64,000 nt of DNA from Podarcis melisellensis. Lineage: Eukaryota. The DNA lies in the NCBI GenBank assembly GCA_964234715.1, contig OZ174275.1; one strand, written 5' to 3'. Positions 59,918 to 64,000 of the stretch are shown here, piece after piece. Both the position numbers and the translations under genes were made by a program. The stretch's first letter is position 1. Every line of letters begins with the position of its first letter. Under the pieces are notes generated by a model. The model worked only from the letters and a program-made list of their open reading frames with translations. It did no database searches and had not been told where the DNA came from.

Positions 59918-61442
59918 GGTGAGCTAGACCTTGTGTTTCACTAGTGATTATGGCTATTTTGTTCTCTGGTGCAAACACTGAATAGCAACAGTCATCCTCC
60001 TGGAGCAAAATGTTCAACTTTTTTCTAACTGTGAAATTGATGGACCTGGGGGAGGTATGGCATTCCGCATTCATCAGAGAATAGGGAGCATTCTACTGCA
60101 GCACCCCCAGCAGAAAGGTTTGGTGACTGATTTGTTTATCCTCTTACTTCCCTCAACTGGACAAACTTACTTTAAAGTATGTAAGATTTATTATTTTGAG
60201 TTAGAGTATTTTGTTTGTTTTTTAAAAAATCACACCCACTAACTGCTGTATTTGTAATTCTTTTTAAATGATGTAGAGCTTGACACTAGCTCTGAGTATA
60301 ACTTATTTGTTTTTTTAAGTATTATATATAAGGAACACTGTGTTTCATGGTAACATATATAAACTGTGCTATACAATAACTGCACTGAACTGAACATCTG
60401 TATATGGGAACTGTGATTTGTAGTCCACTTGGAATCAGTCACAAACTGTTGTAGTTTATTTCTAAATATAACACAACTGTGCAAAATGCCTGCCTCTACC
60501 TGTTTTTCTTTTACAATAATTTTGCAACGTGCAGACAATCTGCTTCATTCCTGCATTTTTGCCTGTCCCTGGCAGCCCCCCTTGTCTTGGATGAAGTTCT
60601 GTGTTTCTCATACAGAACTGACAATGCACTATTTTCTGCTGACCTCTCATATGAATGATAGCAAGTAATAGTTGCACCCAAGGAGAGAGGCTCAGTTTTA
60701 AGATTTCTACCCACAATTTTGTCTGGAAAGTGAATTAATTGACTTACTGACCTAGAATTAGGCCTTAAATTTTATTCCAGAATCCAAATGCTTCTTAGAT
60801 CAACAGATTTGACCTCCACTTCATTCTAAGGGGGTACATTGCATCTAAAAAGTGTTTTACACAGTTGCTACGGGCAAGGTGCCACATTAAGTCTAAATCA
60901 AATGGTGACTAATAACCAGCCATATTACCAACAGTTTAATATTTTTGTCATTATTGTCCAACTTTAAATCCTTCATCAATCATGCATTTCTTCTCAGATA
61001 CAAACAGCATACATACAAAAAATGATGCTTATATAGTTTAATCACAAAAACATAGTAATATAATTGTATGTAGTTTTATCACAAAAAATAAATGTCAAAG
61101 TCTAAAAATATAAAAATAAGATCACTTATAAAGCTCACTGTGTGCTGTTTAGTGGCAGCTAAACTTTTAAAGACAATTTGAAGAGCAGCACTTCTGAAAC
61201 TGATAAGGCATATGGCAGGCTTTTACAATAGCTATGTACTTTGCAATCTTGTTTTCTGGCAAATGTCATGAAAGGTTAACTTCAAGGGACCATTTTCCAT
61301 CTCTGATTGAGCACAGCAGATTTCAAGATTCACTGGTGGGAATGGCCAGACAACAAAAATATCCTTCCTTGGGGACCAGCAAAGTACTGTGATAGTCCCA
61401 AACAAGCACCAAAATTGGTTTTCAGCATAATATTCAGTTACT

Positions 61443-61580
61443 ATAGAATCATAGAATTGTAGAGTTGGAAGGGACCACAAGGGTCATGCAATCCAACCCC
61501 TTGCAATGCAGGAACATATATACCCCAGTGTGGGGCTCAAACCCTAGACCCTGAGATGGTGAGTCACATACAGCCCCAGC
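61443..61580 (-). mobile_element. Short tRNA-head/CR1-tail SINE
   Basis: ATAGAATCATAGAAT CR1-type tail on +; degenerate B box GGGTTTGAGCCCC on -. Confidence 0.6.
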
Positions 61581-61966
61581 TGTGGCATGCACGGACCCCT
61601 TCTGCGATTAGTTTTGAAAAAAGCTAGGAGGAGATTATCTCATTTCCCCACCTAAACTCCAGGTAGATCACATCTTCCAATAGACTGGCAGAAGGGGGGG
61701 ACACCCCCCCCCTCACCCAAAGCCTAGCTACTGGAGAAGGATGGAGTGAGTGTATGCACATCTGTGCACTCTGCCCATTTACCCTTCCCTTGCTGAGGGA
61801 GAAGCCTGCTTATCTTAACTACAGGGGAATTAAGTTAATTTTGGTTCTTTTTCTATGAGTCTTTCTATAGAGATGATGGGGTGATGTAGATTCAAGTGGT
61901 ATGGCAAATCAGCTAAGAACTAAGTTGTCCACTGGTTTAAACATGTCCTTATGTACACCTCTAAAG

Positions 61967-62287
61967 CAGTGGTTCCAAAACATTTTCTCATGGACCACTT
62001 GAAGGTTGCTGAGAGTCTTGGTAGACTGATTAAGGATTGTGTAGCAACTGTAATGTGCTAGGCTGGCTGCAGTATGATTTTTAATTGTATTTTTATTGTT
62101 CCTTTTGTTTTCTCTATATTGTATTCCAATTCATATGCCATAGATTTCAAATTATAATTCACTAAGAATACAATATAAGGCATTAAAGAAACAATTAAAA
62201 ATCAACACGGCTATTGACGTTCCATCTTCAACTACAACTCCAGAGCCATGCTGCAGACCACCATGGGCCACAATTTGAGCAGCTCTG
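61967..62287. mobile_element. Old hAT-type non-autonomous element
   Basis: CAGTGGTTCCAAAA ... TTTGAGCAGCTCTG ends; TSD ctctaaag/ctctatat. Confidence 0.6.
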
Positions 62288-62380
62288 CTCTATATAAATA
62301 AAATAATTAGCTGTAGGAACAAGCAGCAGGTTTACTGGATGCTTTTTTTTTGCATTCACACTGAAGCTGCTTAATCCAAG

Positions 62381-62724
62381 TAAAGGTAAAGGGACCCCTG
62401 ACCATTAGGTCCAGTCGTGGCCGACTCTGGGGTTGCGGCGCTCATCTCGCTTTATTGGCTGAGGGAGCCGGCGTACAGCTTCTGGGTCATGTGGCCAGCA
62501 TGACTAAGCCGCTGCTGGCGAACCAGAGCAGAGCACGGAAACGTGTTTACCTTCCCGCCAGAGCGGTACCTATTTATCTACTTGCACTTTTATGTGCTTT
62601 CGAACTGCTAGGTGGGCAGGAGCAGGGACCGAGGAACGGGAGCTCACCCCATTGCGGGGATTCGAACCGCCGACCTTCAGATCGGCAAGTCCTAGGCTCT
62701 GTGCCACAGTGCCACCCGTGTCCC
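62381..62724 (-). mobile_element. Full-length Sauria SINE (second subfamily)
   Basis: B box GGTTCGAATCCCC, (ACCTTT) tail, perfect 13-bp TSD TGCTTAATCCAAG. Confidence 0.95.
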
Positions 62725-62777
62725 TGCTTAATCCAAGCACATGGGCCTAAATCAATTCATTGAAAATAGCAGCATGG

Positions 62778-62783
62778 TTTATT
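62778..62783 (-). terminator. Candidate poly(A) signal of the Kelch gene
   Basis: TTTATT on + (AATAAA on -) about 155 nt after the stop. Confidence 0.4.
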
Positions 62784-62938
62784 TCCCTGAGTGAGTGGTT
62801 CCATGAAGTGGTAACGCTGTCATTCTCAAATACTTAGATACTTCATATTCACATGACATTTTGGTTTCGTGACAAAATGGGTAAAATACAACAGGGTGTA
62901 TTTTTGTTCTCACTCCTTAGTATATGTATATGCACCAT

Positions 62939-63635
62939 TTAAATTTTGTCTAGCTCCATTTGCCAAAATGAAATTGAAGAGGAACTTGACAAAGGTTTAC
63001 CTCCAATAAGCAGCAGCACAGCAGAAGACTCACTAATGTCCATGGAGGCAGAAGACTCACAAATGTCCACAGAGGCAGGTGTCAGATCAATGAAACTTGC
63101 ATTTTCCTCTGTAAAGTCCTGTTCTCTTGGTAGGTTTAGGTAGGATGTTCTCTCTCTCTTGGACAATGGGCATGCTTTCTCATTTACACTCAGTTCTGAA
63201 CTTGAAGTGGTTTGGCGTGAACAAAATCCTGGCTCCTCCCGAGACAGGTAAAAGGTTTTCATTTCAATTTCAGTGCTACCATCATTGCTGAATGTTTGGT
63301 ATGAGGGCTCCTGGTGAATATACTCACAGAAACAGGCATGCTGCTTAGAGATGGCCAGTAGCTTTGAACAACCCATTTCCTTTTGATGCAAATAGCTGAG
63401 TGACTTCCTTGAAGAACCAGCAATCCCTTGGAAGCCATATCCAATCCCAAACATGCAGTGAAAAGCTTTGGATGAAGGTTCTGCTGTCCTAGCCAGTTGT
63501 TTCCACATCTGAGATGAAAAATGGTATTTCCACAGAATACTGCTTGGCCTGGTATTAGAAATTCCTCCGCCAAAGAGCAGCATGGAATCTTCAAATATTA
63601 AAGCTGAGTGTCCCACCACTTTAGGAGGCCCGTGA
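62939..63635 (-). CDS. Terminal coding exon of an uncharacterised Kelch-repeat (beta-propeller) protein; gene continues beyond the window
   Basis: Minus-strand acceptor ttgtgcttgtgtttag|T at 63636/63635, then 232 open codons including TAA. Kelch repeat GPPKVVGHSALIFEDSMLLFGG...LWKYHFSSQMWKQL. The first 32 residues of the tracked ORF are intronic. Confidence 0.85.
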
Positions 63636-64000
63636 CTAAACACAAGCACAACAGAGAACAAGGAACACAGATCAGTAATGTTTATGCTGATGAAAATGAG
63701 GTAGGATTTTAGTTTCTGTTTGGTCAGCACTATACAGCATCATTAATTACATAAGATAGAGGGAACTGCACTGAATGAAGGTATCTGAATGTATAATGCT
63801 CCCTAAATTGACTGTTACAGATCATTATACAATAATTCTTGGTCAGCACAAACATTTGTGAAACTGCCCTAATTTTTAAAAAGGTACCTCCTCAAAAAGT
63901 CTCGGCCTGATTCTGACAGAAATGTGTGGCTCAGTATATAAATGTAATCCTCCCTTATCACAGCATTGTAGTTTTGCATATCAGGGCCTGACTTCCCACG

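Noticed and set aside
63636-63730. N-terminal hydrophobic 'signal/TM' segment of the 263-aa ORF
   Set aside because: It is the intronic polypyrimidine tract upstream of the splice acceptor

Overview
Eukaryotic (vertebrate) genomic DNA, almost certainly from a squamate reptile. Sauria-type SINEs, CR1/L2 fragments and reptile-type MITEs suggest a lizard, possibly a lacertid (inference). Most of the window is one complete + strand gene, EPB41L5 (band 4.1-like 5 / Yurt-Moe orthologue, a FERM + FERM-adjacent scaffold). It has a CpG-island promoter and non-coding exon 1 at about 4.3-4.5 kb and 24 coding exons from ATG 8935 to TGA 56754. By hand these splice via GT-AG junctions into a 2196-nt ORF (731 aa, ending KCLLTTEL). 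An alternative terminal exon (38420-38606) gives a 507-aa short isoform ending SVTDL. At the right end, the last exon of a convergent - strand Kelch-repeat gene of unknown identity is visible; its final blade appears split by a ~140-aa insert. Introns carry Tc1/mariner and hAT MITEs, SINEs, LINE fragments, a Penelope-like insert with a truncated hammerhead core, and a CpG-rich LTR/DIRS-like insert. The best leads are a candidate in-frame 21-nt microexon (GKPQEDW) next to a degenerated LD motif, a second 21-nt microexon-like unit lacking its AG, a splice-dependent uORF, and the split-blade Kelch protein. Most ORFs in the supplied track are intronic noise. All homology statements are from memory, not from database searches.
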